Assembly: GCA_025056155.1 (NCBI GenBank)
Contig: JANWWL010000003.1
Span: 2,245 to 66,244 of the forward strand
Length of the DNA: 64,000 nt
Direction of reading: 5' to 3'
From: Sphingomonadaceae bacterium
GTDB lineage: Bacteria; Pseudomonadota; Alphaproteobacteria; Sphingomonadales; Sphingomonadaceae
The notes beneath the pieces are model-generated. The model searched no databases. It saw nothing but the letters and a program-made list of their open reading frames with translations, and was not told where the DNA came from. Numbering within the stretch: the first letter of the stretch is position 1; each line of letters starts with the position of its first letter. The translations under genes and the position numbers were made by a program. This document shows positions 21,392 through 31,336 of the stretch, piece by piece.

Positions 21392-23169
21392 ATGAAGCGT
21401 GTTCTGTTGGTGGGCTCGATCTTGGCCGGACTGGCGGTGGCCGCGCAGGCGGCCGGACCGACCGACGCCGACCTGCTGCGGGACGCCGAGACGCCTGGCG
21501 ACGTGCTGACCTACGGCATGGGCCCGCTCGGCCAACGCTACTCCCCGCTCGACCGCATTCACACCGGCAACGTCCAGCGCCTGGTGCCCGCGTGGGCCTT
21601 CAGCCTGGGCGGCGAGAAGCAGCGCGGCCAGGAAAGCCAGCCCATTGTCTACGATGGCACTATCTACGTCACGGGAAGCTACTCCCGCGTCTTCGCCGTC
21701 GATGCCCGGACGGGTCGGAAGAAATGGGAATACAACGCCCGCCTGCCCGAAGGCATCATGCCCTGCTGCGACGTCGTGAACCGCGGGGCGGCCATCTACG
21801 GCGACAAGATCATCTTCGGAACGCTGGATGCTCGGCTCGTGGCGCTCGACCGGAACACGGGCCGCGTCGTCTGGAACGTGAAGGTCGAGGATCACCAGGG
21901 CGGCTATGCCATCACGGCCGCGCCCCTGATCGTGAAGGGCAAGGTCGTCACGGGCGTGTCGGGCGGCGAGTTCGGGATCGTGGGCAAGGTGAACGCCTAA
22001 GACGTCGAGACGGGCCAGCGGGTATGGAGCCGGCCGACCATCGAGGGGCATGTGGGCACCCTCAACGGCAAGCCGTCCAGCGTCACGGGCGGGCCAACCG
22101 CACCTGGCCGGGCGACATGTGGAAGACGGGCGGTGGCGCTCCTTGGCTTGGCGGGACGTACGATCCCGAGCTCAACTTGATCTTCATCGGCACCGGCACC
22201 CCGGCACCCTGGAACAGCAGCATGCGCCCGGGTGACAACCTCTATTCCTCGAGCCGGCTTGCCATCGATGCCGACACCGGCGAGATTCGCTGGGCCTTTC
22301 AGACCACACCGAACGACGGTTGGGACTACGACGGGGTCAACGAATTCATCCCCTTCGACCTGAAGCAGGGTGGGCGCGTCATCAAGGCGGGCGCTACGGC
22401 CGACCGGAACGGCTTCTTCTACATATTGGACCGCACGAACGGCCGTTTCATCCGGGCCTTCCCCTTCGTCTCGAAGATCACCTGGGCCAAGGGCGTCGAC
22501 GGGCGCGGCCGGCCGATCTACGTGCCCGAGAACCGTCCGCCCGCCCCGGGCCCCGATGGCGGCAAGGGAGCCACGGTGTTCACGGCGCCGAGCTTCCTGG
22601 GTGGCAAGAACTGGAACCCCATGGCCTACAGCCCGCAGACGGGGCTGTTCTACGTGCCCGCCAACGAATGGGGCATGGACCTGTGGAACGAGCCCATCGC
22701 CTACAAGCGGGGTGCAGCCTACCTCGGGGCGGGCTTCACCATCAAGCCGCTCTACCCCGACCACATCGGCGTCCTGCGGGCGGTCGACCCCGCGTCTGGC
22801 CGGATCGTCTGGGAGGCGAAGAATCCGGCGCCCCTGTGGGGCGGGGTGTTGGCCACGGGCGGTGGGCTGGTCTTCACGGGCACGCCGGAAGGTTTCCTGA
22901 AGGCGTTCGACGCCCGGACCGGGCGAGAGCTGTGGAGCTTCAACACCGGCTCCGGGGTCGTGGGCACGCCCGTGACCTACGAGCTCGACGGGGAGCAGTA
23001 CGTGGCCGTCATGTCCGGCTGGGGCGGGGCGGTGCCGCTGTGGGGCGGCGAGGTGGCCAAGGCCGTGCAGCAGATCACCCAAGGGGGCATGCTCTGGGTG
23101 TTCAAGCTGCCCGGCGACCGGAACGCGCCCGTCACGGCGGACGCCGCCTCGACGTCGGCCGGGTCCTGA
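21392..23169 (+). pseudogene. PQQ-dependent alcohol dehydrogenase (methanol/ethanol family, lanthanide-type DYD signature), inactivated
   Basis: The ATG at 21392 follows GAGGGGAG. Signal peptide, vicinal [10 protein letters not shown] and WDYDGVNE are present. An in-frame TAA at 21998-22000 interrupts [14 protein letters not shown], where a Tyr of the conserved A-Y-D is expected. A frame switch near 22085-22095 leads into ORF 21592-23169 ([21 protein letters not shown]...). Confidence 0.8.
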
Positions 23170-23239
23170 AGATTCCCGAAGACCAGGCGGGGGGCGTTCG
23201 TCCCCCGCCTCTGCGCCAGGAAGGGCGGCGGGGCACGAC

Positions 23240-23896
23240 ATGGTCGAGATCTCGGCGGAGCGGGTCCTCATCGTCGACGACCACCCCTTGGTGCGCGACG
23301 GCCTGCGCACCATCCTGGCCGTGGCCTTCGACTCCTGCGAGCTGTTCGAGGCGGCCACGCTGGAGGAGGCCGTGGGCGTCATCCGGCGCGAGGGCGACTT
23401 CGACCTCGTCCTCCTCGACCTCAACATCCCAGGCGCCCATGGTTTCTCGGGTCTGCGCACCTTGCGCCGCGAGTTCCCGACCCTGCCAGTCGTGATCGTC
23501 TCGGCCGCGACCGAGAAGGGCCTGGTGGATGGCGCGCTGGCTGAAGGCGCCTCGGGCTTCATCCCCAAGAGCCTCAAGCGCAGCCAGTTGGTGGACGCCG
23601 TGCGCCATGTGCTGGCGGGGGAAATCTACGTGCCGGCCGATTTCGCCGAGGCGAACCGGCCCGATCCCGAGGAGGCCGACATCCGCTCTCGGATCGCCAG
23701 TCTGACGCCGCAGCAACGGGTCGTCCTGGGCCTGGTGGTGGAAGGCAAGCCCAACAAGCTCATCGCGCGCGAGCTCGACGTGACGCTCACGACCGTCAAG
23801 AGCCACATGAGCGCCATTCTAGCCAAGCTCGGCGTCTACAGCCGGACCCAGGCCGTGGTCTTGGCCAACCGCGTGGGGTTCCGTCCCGGCGACTGA
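23240..23896 (+). CDS. two-component response regulator, NarL/FixJ (LuxR) family
   Basis: 218 aa. Receiver domain (VLIVDDHPLVRDGL, DLVLLDLNIPG) followed by a LuxR helix-turn-helix (LTPQQRVVLGLVVEGKPNKLIAREL). This position is typical of ExaE/PedR-like regulators. Confidence 0.85.
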   Translation: MVEISAERVLIVDDHPLVRDGLRTILAVAFDSCELFEAATLEEAVGVIRREGDFDLVLLDLNIPGAHGFSGLRTLRREFPTLPVVIVSAATEKGLVDGALAEGASGFIPKSLKRSQLVDAVRHVLAGEIYVPADFAEANRPDPEEADIRSRIASLTPQQRVVLGLVVEGKPNKLIARELDVTLTTVKSHMSAILAKLGVYSRTQAVVLANRVGFRPGD

Positions 23897-23965
23897 GCGG
23901 GCCGACCCGCGGTCGGTGCGCCGCGTCGGCGCGGGCCCGGCTCCAGGGGGGGTGCCGCTCCCCGA

Positions 23966-26518
23966 CTAGCCCAACAGCCGCGCCATCAGCGCGCGCAGCT
24001 GGGCGGGCTTCACCGGCTTGGGCACGATCGGCAGGTCGCGGGCGGCGAGGCGCTCGCGCAGCTCGGCCGATCGGTCGGCCGTGATGATGGCGGCCGGCAC
24101 TTCCCGGGCCGCCTCGGCCCGCAGCCGCTCGACGACGACCTCGCCGGTCGCGCGGTCGAGGTGGTAGTCGACGAGCAGCAGGGCGGGCGTCCGGCGGGCG
24201 ATCGCCCGGCGGGCCTCGTCCAGGTCCCGCGCCACCTCGACGTCGCAACGGAGTCGGTGATGTCGTGGAACGACAGCACGAGGCCGCCGTCGGGCATACC
24301 GCGCCGCCTGACCTCGAGCACGCGCCCGTCGTCGAGCGCATGGGTGAGCAGGCGCTCCGCTTCCTCCCCGGCGGCGGGCCAGGCCAGGGTGACGCTGTCG
24401 CCCGGCAGCCCGCGCGCTCGGCAGTGGGCGGCCAGCGCCTCGTGCGAGGGCACCGCGCGGGCCACGTGGTCCGGCAAGGCCAGGACAAGGCGCAGGGCAT
24501 CGTTCCAGGCTACCAGGCGCCGGCCGGCGTCGAACACCGCCACCCCGTCGCGGATGCTGTCGAGGGTGGCCTGCAGCACCGCCGATCGTTCGGCGAGCTC
24601 CCGGGCGCGCGCGCGGGCGTCCTCGGCCTTGACCTGGGTGATGTCGGTATAGACGCCCACGATCCCGCCGCCCCGGGTGCGCAGCTCGTTCACCTGGATC
24701 CAGCGGCCGTCGGGCAGGGCGTGGATGTGGGGCGGGCCGGCCAGCGCGTGCTGGGCCAGGCGCTCGGAGATGTACCGCGCCGGCGCGGCCCGCGCGAGCA
24801 GCGTGCCACCGACCTCGGCCACCAGGCGGACGATCTCGTCGAACCGGATGCCGGGCACCAGCCGGTCGGCGATCTCGGGCCAAAGGCTCCGGTAGGTGGA
24901 GTTGCACATCACCAGCCGGTCGTCGGCGTCGAAGATCGCGAACCCCTCGTTCGAGCTCTCGATGGCGTCCGCCAGGCGCTGGCGCGCCTCCTCGGCTTCG
25001 CGCTGCGATCGTTCTAGGGCGGCGTTGGCCTCGGCGAATTCGCCGAGCGCGCGTTCGAGCGCCGCCGTGCGCTCGCGTACGCGCCCCTCGAGCGTCCCCG
25101 CCGTCTCGAACAGCTGGAAGGCGTTGGTCGGCGCATCGGCCAACCGCAGGGCCCGCTCGATGAGCGCTTCGCTGATGCGCTCCTGGCGCCTCAGCGCCTC
25201 TTCAAGGGCCGCCACGCGCTCGGCCGTCGGGGTGTCAGCCACGGCCACGAGGCCCGCTTCCCCCGCCTGCGAAGGCCAGACCGGTGAACGTCTGATTGAC
25301 GTGGAGACCGCCGAACTGTTCGCCGAACGTGCTGAAGCCCACGACGCGATGCCGCTCGAACAGCGTCCCGAGCGCCGCTTCCTGCTGGCGCGCCCGGGCC
25401 ACCACCGTATTGTGTACGCAGTTGAACGCCAGCACGCGGTCAACCGGACCGAGCTCGGCTTCGAGAGTCCGGAAGAAGTCGCCAAGCTCCGAGAGCTGGT
25501 CGGTGTCCTCGCCAAGCGTCAGCACGAGCCCGTTGTCGATGGCGCAGTAGAAGGCCAGGCTGCCGTCGGGCAGAGCTCGCTGGATCGAGCGAACGTGATA
25601 CTCGCCGCCGGCCCGGACGAGCAGGGGATTGAGGGCGAAGACTTCGGTCGCAAGGTCCCGGGGATGGACGCCCACCAGACGCGCGTACTCTTCGGCGGCG
25701 GGAACGGCGTTGAGTTCGTGCACGATCCGCCGGTCGGGGTTGGCGCGGGTGACGACGACCCGCGCGCCTTTCAGCGCCACGTGCTGGCGTCGGAACGCGC
25801 GCATGGGCCGGGCCGAGGTGACGAGCAGGAGAACGGCGCTGTCGCGGCGGAAGGCGCCGTCGTGGAACACATAGGCTTCCCGGAAGTCGAGGCCGTCGCC
25901 CGCCGAGCCGCCGACGAGCGGGATGTCGCCCAGGGCGTCGTGAATGGTGGCCGCGATCAATTCTTCGCGCAGGGACAGACCATCGACCAGCATGACGGCG
26001 GCCTGGTACTGGGCCCCCCACAGCCGCGCCGCGCGGGCGGCGGCCTGGGCGAGGAGCTAACGCACCCGGGCCTGCGCCGCGCCGGGCGAGAACCGGTCGA
26101 GGCCATCGAAACTCAGCAGGTCGACCAGGAAACCGGCCGCCGGGAAGCCGACCGCGGTGATGCTGTCGTCGCGCAGGCCGTCGGGGGCGATCTCGCCCGC
26201 CGTCGAACAGCCGGCGATCGGCAGGTCGAGGCCTCGGGAAGCGAACGCCCGAGCGATGCCCGCCAGATCGCGCCGGCCCGAAGCGAAGAACAGGAGGCCT
26301 GCGAGCCTCTCGACGTCGAGCTCGCCCAGCAGTCGACCCACCGCCCGTTCCGGATCGGGCTCGTCGACCGCCGCTGCCCGGATCCCTTCGACCACGCCGG
26401 CCCGGGGGATAGGCCGGCGTCTTGCCGTCCACAAGCGGCCCCTGGCGGTCACTGGCGGCCTCCGGGCTTGCGGAGCGCGACAGGCCGGCCGGTTCCCCCT
26501 TCGCCCGGCCGGCCCCAC
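23966..26518 (-). pseudogene. FIST-PAS-PAS-(kinase core missing)-receiver hybrid sensor remnant
   Basis: The FIST N-terminal part (ORF 26057-26518) is separated from the FIST C-terminal part (ORF 25235-25993) by an in-frame TAG (plus-strand cta at 26057-26059). A frame switch in the C5 run 25260-25264 leads into the coiled-coil plus two PAS domains (ORF 24010-25515). At about 24241-25255 of the PAS2 end, more precisely 24241-24255, the sequence ...LVLSFHDITDS abuts the middle of a receiver domain in another frame (CDVEVARDLDEA...LLLVDYHLD...KPVKPAQL, ORF 23966-24907). No HisKA or HATPase sequence lies between them. The start is either GTG 26395 or ATG 26518. Confidence 0.65.
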
Positions 26519-26543
26519 CGGTTCGCGCGCGGGCGCTCCGGTG

Positions 26544-28064
26544 TCAGAAGAAGCCCAGCGCCCGCGGGCTGTAGCTCACCAGCAGGTTCTTGGTCTGCTG
26601 GTAGTGCCCGAGCATCATCAGGTGCGTCTCCCGCCCCACCCCCGACTGCTTGTAGCCGCCGAAGGCCGCATACGCGGGGTAGAGGTGGTAGCAGTTGGTC
26701 CACACCCGCCCCGCCTGGATGGCTCGGCCCGCGCGGTAGGCCCGGTTGATGTCGCGGGTCCACACCCCGGCCCCCAGGCCGTAGCTCGTGTCGTTGGCGA
26801 TCCGCACCGCGTCCTCGTCGTCGCGGAAGGTGGTGACCGCCAGCACCGGGCCGAAGATCTCCTCCTGGAAGATCCGCATCCGGTTGTGGCCCTTGAGCAC
26901 CGTGGGCTCGACGTAGAACCCGTTGTCGAGCTCACCCCCCGGCCGCGCCCGGCACCCGCCCAGAAGGAGCTGGGCGCCCTCGTCCTTGCCGAGCTCGATG
27001 TAGGAGAGGATCTTCTCCAGCTGCTCCGCCGAGGCCTGCGCTCCGATCATCGTCTCGGGGTCGAGCGGGTTGCCGCGCTTGATCTTCCGCACGCGCTCCA
27101 GTGCGCGCTCCATGAACCGGTCGTAGATCGACTCGTGGACGAGCGCCCGGCTCGGGCAGGTGCACACTTCGCCCTGGTTGAGCGCGAACATCGTGAAGCC
27201 TTCGAGCGCCTTGTCGAGCAGCTCGTCGTCGGCGTCCATCACGTCGGAGAAGAAGATGTTCGGGCTCTTGCCGCCGAGCTCGAGGGTGACGGGCAGCAGG
27301 TTCTCGGCGGCGTACTGCATGATGAGCCGGCCGGTCGACGTCTCGCCCGTGAACGCGATCTTGGCGATCCGCCGGGACGTCGCGAGCGGCTTGCCGGCCT
27401 CGAGCCCAAACCCGTTCACGACGTTGACCACCCCGTCGGGCAGCAGGTCGCCGATGATGTCCATCAGCACCATGATGCCCATGGGCGTCTGCTCGGCGGG
27501 CTTCAGCACCACGCAGTCGCCCGCCGCCAACGCGGGCGCGAGCTTCCAGGCGGCCATCAGCAGGGGGAAGTTCCACGGGATGATCTGCCCCACCACGCCC
27601 AAGGGCTCGAGGAAGTGGTAGGCGACCGTGTTCTCGTCGATCTCGCAGATCGTCCCCTGCTGGGCCCGGATGACGCCACCGAAGTACCGGAAGTGGTCGA
27701 CCACCAGCGGCAGGTCGGCGTTCGTCGTCTCGCGGATCGGCTTGCCGTTGTCGATCGTCTCGACCATCGCAAGCAGAGGCAGCTTCTCCTCGATCCGGTC
27801 GGCAATCCGCATCAGGATCCGGCTGCGTTCGGCGAGGCTCGTCCGACCCCAGGCGTCCTTCGCCCGGTGGGCGGCGTCGAGGGCGAGCTCGATGTCCTCG
27901 GCCGTCGAGCGCGCCACCTGGCAGACCACCTCGCCGTTGATGGGCGAGATGTTGTCGAAGTAGCGGCCCTGCACGGGGGGCACCCAGCGGCCTCCGATGA
28001 AATTGTCGTAGCGCGGCCGGATGGCGACCTGGCCGCGGATCTCCTCCAGCGTCTGCTTGAGCAT
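26544..28064 (-). CDS. NAD-dependent aldehyde dehydrogenase (ExaC/PedI/AcoD-like)
   Basis: The ATG at 28064 follows GGGAGGAG. 506 aa. Motifs ELGGKSP and EVCTCPSR are present, and the C-terminus is ...YSPRALGFF. The 765-aa track ORF is an upstream over-extension. Confidence 0.9.
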   Translation of the reverse strand: MLKQTLEEIRGQVAIRPRYDNFIGGRWVPPVQGRYFDNISPINGEVVCQVARSTAEDIELALDAAHRAKDAWGRTSLAERSRILMRIADRIEEKLPLLAMVETIDNGKPIRETTNADLPLVVDHFRYFGGVIRAQQGTICEIDENTVAYHFLEPLGVVGQIIPWNFPLLMAAWKLAPALAAGDCVVLKPAEQTPMGIMVLMDIIGDLLPDGVVNVVNGFGLEAGKPLATSRRIAKIAFTGETSTGRLIMQYAAENLLPVTLELGGKSPNIFFSDVMDADDELLDKALEGFTMFALNQGEVCTCPSRALVHESIYDRFMERALERVRKIKRGNPLDPETMIGAQASAEQLEKILSYIELGKDEGAQLLLGGCRARPGGELDNGFYVEPTVLKGHNRMRIFQEEIFGPVLAVTTFRDDEDAVRIANDTSYGLGAGVWTRDINRAYRAGRAIQAGRVWTNCYHLYPAYAAFGGYKQSGVGRETHLMMLGHYQQTKNLLVSYSPRALGFF

Positions 28065-28217
28065 CGTCGGCTCCTCCCGTCTCGAGCCGGCCCACCATCG
28101 CGCAGGAAGAGGAAATGCACCATTGGACCAAGGAGGGATGGCCAAGGGGTCCCCTGGCGTGGAACGACGCGCGGCGGGCGACCCGGAAGGGGCGCCGGTC
28201 GGGCGAGGGAGGAGCGG

Positions 28218-28595
28218 ATGCGGGCCCTGTTCCTGTGCGCGGCGGTGGGCGCGGTCCTGCCGATGGCGGCGGCGGCCCAGATCCCCGATCCCGCCACGAT
28301 CGAGGCGGGCCGAGCGGCGTTCGCCCCCTGCCGCCCCTGTCACTCGGTCGGGAAGGGCGACAATCGGCTGGGTCCTTCGCTGCACGGGATCGTGGGGCGA
28401 AAGGTCGCGAGCCTTGCCGGCTACGACTTCTCGCCCGCCATGAAGGCCTGTGGCGGCACCTGGACCCGCGGGCGGCTCGACGCCTATCTCGCCGCCCCCC
28501 GCCAGGTCGTGCCTAACTCGAAGATGAGCTTCGCCGGCATTCGCGACCCTGCCCGGCGCGCGGCCCTCATCGAATATCTCGCCACGCTGCGCTGA
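28218..28595 (+). CDS. class I c-type cytochrome (c2/c550-like)
   Basis: 125 aa. It has a signal peptide, CRPCH heme binding, the motifs [10 protein letters not shown] and KMSFAGI, and is divergent from the aldehyde dehydrogenase. Confidence 0.8.
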   Translation: MRALFLCAAVGAVLPMAAAAQIPDPATIEAGRAAFAPCRPCHSVGKGDNRLGPSLHGIVGRKVASLAGYDFSPAMKACGGTWTRGRLDAYLAAPRQVVPNSKMSFAGIRDPARRAALIEYLATLR

Positions 28596-28638
28596 AGCCG
28601 TTCTTGGCCCGGAGACCGCGCCGGGGCAGGAGGCGGCC

Positions 28639-29325
28639 ATGACCGACGCATCGCCCGCGCGTGACCGGGTCGCCGTGCTCGGCGCGGGGGCCATCGGCCA
28701 GGCACTGGCCCAGGTCGCCCGCGCGCGGGGGGCGGACGTGCTGCTCCTGGGCCGACCGCACACCGATCCCACCCGCCCCGACGTCTTCGCGGCCGCCGCC
28801 GAGGCCGCGGGCGAGGAGCTGAGCCACGTGATCGTGGCCACGGGCCTTCTTCACCGCGACGGGCGTGGGCCCGAGCGCGACTTGCGCCAGATCGACCCCG
28901 ACTGGCTCATCGAGAACTTCCGGGCCAACGCCGTGGTGCCGGCCCTGGCCGCCCGCTTTTGGGCCCCGCGCCTGCGGCGCGCCGGCCGGGCGGTGTTCGC
29001 CGTCCTCACCGCCCGGGTGGGCTCGATCACCGACAACCGGCTGGGGGGCTGGTACGCCTATCGGATGAGCAAGGCGGCGGCCAACCAGCTCGTGCGCACC
29101 TTGAGCGTCGAGCTCGCGCGCAAGCGGCCGGAAGCCTGCGTGGTGGCGCTCCATCCTGGCACGGTCGACACGCCCATGTCGCGGCCCTTCCAGCGCAACC
29201 TGAAGCCCGGCCAGCTGCGGTCGCCCGAAGCGGCCGCGCGCGACCTGTGGGCGGTGATGGACCGCTTGACCGCTCAGGATACGGGTCGCTTCCTGGCCTG
29301 GGACGGCCGGGAAATCCCTTGGTGA
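28639..29325 (+). CDS. short-chain dehydrogenase/reductase (CsgA/C-factor-like subgroup)
   Basis: 228 aa with GAGAIG and YRMSKAA(A)N catalytic motifs. Confidence 0.7.
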   Translation: MTDASPARDRVAVLGAGAIGQALAQVARARGADVLLLGRPHTDPTRPDVFAAAAEAAGEELSHVIVATGLLHRDGRGPERDLRQIDPDWLIENFRANAVVPALAARFWAPRLRRAGRAVFAVLTARVGSITDNRLGGWYAYRMSKAAANQLVRTLSVELARKRPEACVVALHPGTVDTPMSRPFQRNLKPGQLRSPEAAARDLWAVMDRLTAQDTGRFLAWDGREIPW

Positions 29326-29373
29326 GCGGGTTTTGCCGGAATCCCGCCGCAAACCCCGCCTAGCCCTCGGGGC

Positions 29374-29982
29374 ATGACGCCTTGGGCCCTCGGCATCCTG
29401 CTGGCCGGAAGCGCGCTGGCCGCGTCCGCGCCGCTTCGCGCGGCCGAGCCAGCGCGCACCCTGCCCCGCCTGGTGGAGGGCGCCCCCAACACGCGGCCCA
29501 TCGTGCTGGGCGACGACGCCGATGCCTGCGGTGGCGATGCCGAGGGGCCGGCCGTGCGGGTGGAGGTGGCCGGGCTCAAGGAGCGCTCGGGCTATCTTCG
29601 CGCCGAGCTCTATCCGGCCACGCGCGAGGACTTCTTGAAGCCCGACCGGCTGCTCGAGGCCGAGGGCAAGCCGTTCCGCCGAGCCTGGCGCGCCGTCCCG
29701 CCGGCGGGGCCTGCGGTGCTGTGCCTGAAGGCTCCGCAGCCGGGGCAGTATGCCCTGGCGGTCGTGCACGTGCGCGAGCGGCGCTGGAAGTTCGACGTCC
29801 GGCGCGACGGGGCCGGGTTCAGCAACAATCCCCGGCTCGGCCTCGGCCGCCCGCCGGTGGAGCGCGTCGCCTTCGCGGTGGGCGGCGGGGTGACGCGGCA
29901 GACCGTGGTGATGAACTACCTGCAGGGGCTGGCGTTCCGGCCGCTGCCAGCCCCGGCCGCCCGCTGGGCCGCGATTCCCTGA
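29374..29982 (+). CDS. secreted DUF2141-family protein
   Basis: 202 aa with a signal peptide. The central region (GYLRAELYP, GQYALAVVH, DGAGFSNNPRLG) matches my recollection of DUF2141. Confidence 0.55.
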   Translation: MTPWALGILLAGSALAASAPLRAAEPARTLPRLVEGAPNTRPIVLGDDADACGGDAEGPAVRVEVAGLKERSGYLRAELYPATREDFLKPDRLLEAEGKPFRRAWRAVPPAGPAVLCLKAPQPGQYALAVVHVRERRWKFDVRRDGAGFSNNPRLGLGRPPVERVAFAVGGGVTRQTVVMNYLQGLAFRPLPAPAARWAAIP

Positions 29983-29987
29983 CGACG

Positions 29988-31217
29988 ATGCCCGTCCACA
30001 TCGTCGACGTGGCCGAGTTCTACGCGCCCTTGGGCGGCGGCGTGAAGACCTACATCGATGCCAAGTTCGCCTACGCCCATCGCGTGGGTGCGCGGCTTAC
30101 GGTGCTGGCACCGGGGCCCGAGAATCGCGACGAACCACGCCCCGGTGGCCTGGTGCGCTACCTGCGGTCGCCCGCCATCCCGTTCGACCGGCGCTACCAC
30201 CTCTTCGCCCGGTTGCGCCCCCTCTACGACCAGTTGGACGCCCTTGCGCCCGACATCGTCGAGGCCTCGTCGTTCATGCTGGGCGCCCTGGCAGTCGCCA
30301 CCTGGCGAGGCCCCACCGCGCGCCGCGCGCGCCGCGCCCTGGTCCTCCACGCCGACTTCGTGGCCCAACACCCGCAGACCTGGTTCCGCAAGCTGCTGCC
30401 GCCCGCGATCGTCGATGCGGCCTGCTTCTGGTACTGGGCCTATCTGGGCGGGCTGGCCCGGGCGTTCGACACGGTGGTGGCCGGCACGCGCTGGATGGCC
30501 GAGCGCGTGCGCCGGCAGGCGGGCATCGAGGCCGTGGTGGTGCCCTGGGGCGTCGACCTCGACCTGTTCCACCCCTCGCGTCGGGATCTCGCCTTGCGCG
30601 CGGAACTCCTGCGGTCCCTGGGGCTGCCGGAGGACGGCATCCTCCTCTTGGGAGTGGGCCGGCACCACCACGAGAAGCGCTGGCCCATGCTGTTCGAGGC
30701 GGTGGCACGGGCAGGCCGGGCAGCGCCCGTCGCCATGGTGCAGGTGGGGGACGGGTTTCGGCGCGGCCGCATCGAGGCCGCGGCACGGGCGGCCGGCAAC
30801 GTTCGCCTGTTGGGCCGCGTCGCCGATCGGCGCGCCATGGCCCGCCTGATGGCCTCGGCCGATGCGCTGGTGCACGCCAGCCGCGCCGAGACGTTCGGCC
30901 TGGTGGCCTCCGAAGCGCTGGCGAGCGGCCTGCCCCTGGTGCTGCCCGACGCCGGCGGGTGCACCGACGTGGCCGACCCCGCCTGGGCCGAAACCTACCG
31001 CAGCGGCAGCAGCCGCGCAGCGGCCCGCGCTATCCTGCGCTTGGTGGCGCGCGACCCGTGCCAGTTGCGCGCGGCCGCCGTGCGCGGACGGGCCACCCGG
31101 ATCCTGTCCACCCACGAGCATTTCGAGCGATTGTTCGCCCTCTACGACCGAACCCCGCCTTCGGGCGCCGACCCCCTGCCGCTGCCCTCGGCGACCCCGC
31201 TGCCGGCCGCCGCCTGA
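29988..31217 (+). CDS. glycosyltransferase, family 4 (GT-B)
   Basis: The ATG at 29988 lies inside track ORF 29382-31217. 409 aa. The E(T)FGLV(A)SEALASGLPLV motif is typical of GT4. Confidence 0.7.
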   Translation: MPVHIVDVAEFYAPLGGGVKTYIDAKFAYAHRVGARLTVLAPGPENRDEPRPGGLVRYLRSPAIPFDRRYHLFARLRPLYDQLDALAPDIVEASSFMLGALAVATWRGPTARRARRALVLHADFVAQHPQTWFRKLLPPAIVDAACFWYWAYLGGLARAFDTVVAGTRWMAERVRRQAGIEAVVVPWGVDLDLFHPSRRDLALRAELLRSLGLPEDGILLLGVGRHHHEKRWPMLFEAVARAGRAAPVAMVQVGDGFRRGRIEAAARAAGNVRLLGRVADRRAMARLMASADALVHASRAETFGLVASEALASGLPLVLPDAGGCTDVADPAWAETYRSGSSRAAARAILRLVARDPCQLRAAAVRGRATRILSTHEHFERLFALYDRTPPSGADPLPLPSATPLPAAA

Positions 31218-31336
31218 GCGCCTCGCCCGGCGCCGGCATCGCACCCGCCTCCGGCCCACCTTCGGCGCCCACCACCAGCCGCCGCCCGAGCGACCTCGCC
31301 CACGCCCGACACGGCCTACCCGACGCCGGCCCGCCG

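Noticed and set aside
21998-26059. Recoding as an explanation for the in-frame TAA (21998-22000) and TAG (26057-26059), through readthrough or pyrrolysine.
   Set aside because: TAA is not a known recoded sense codon in bacteria of this type. There is no pyl machinery context. Both genes also carry independent frameshifts, so simple inactivation is the more economical reading.
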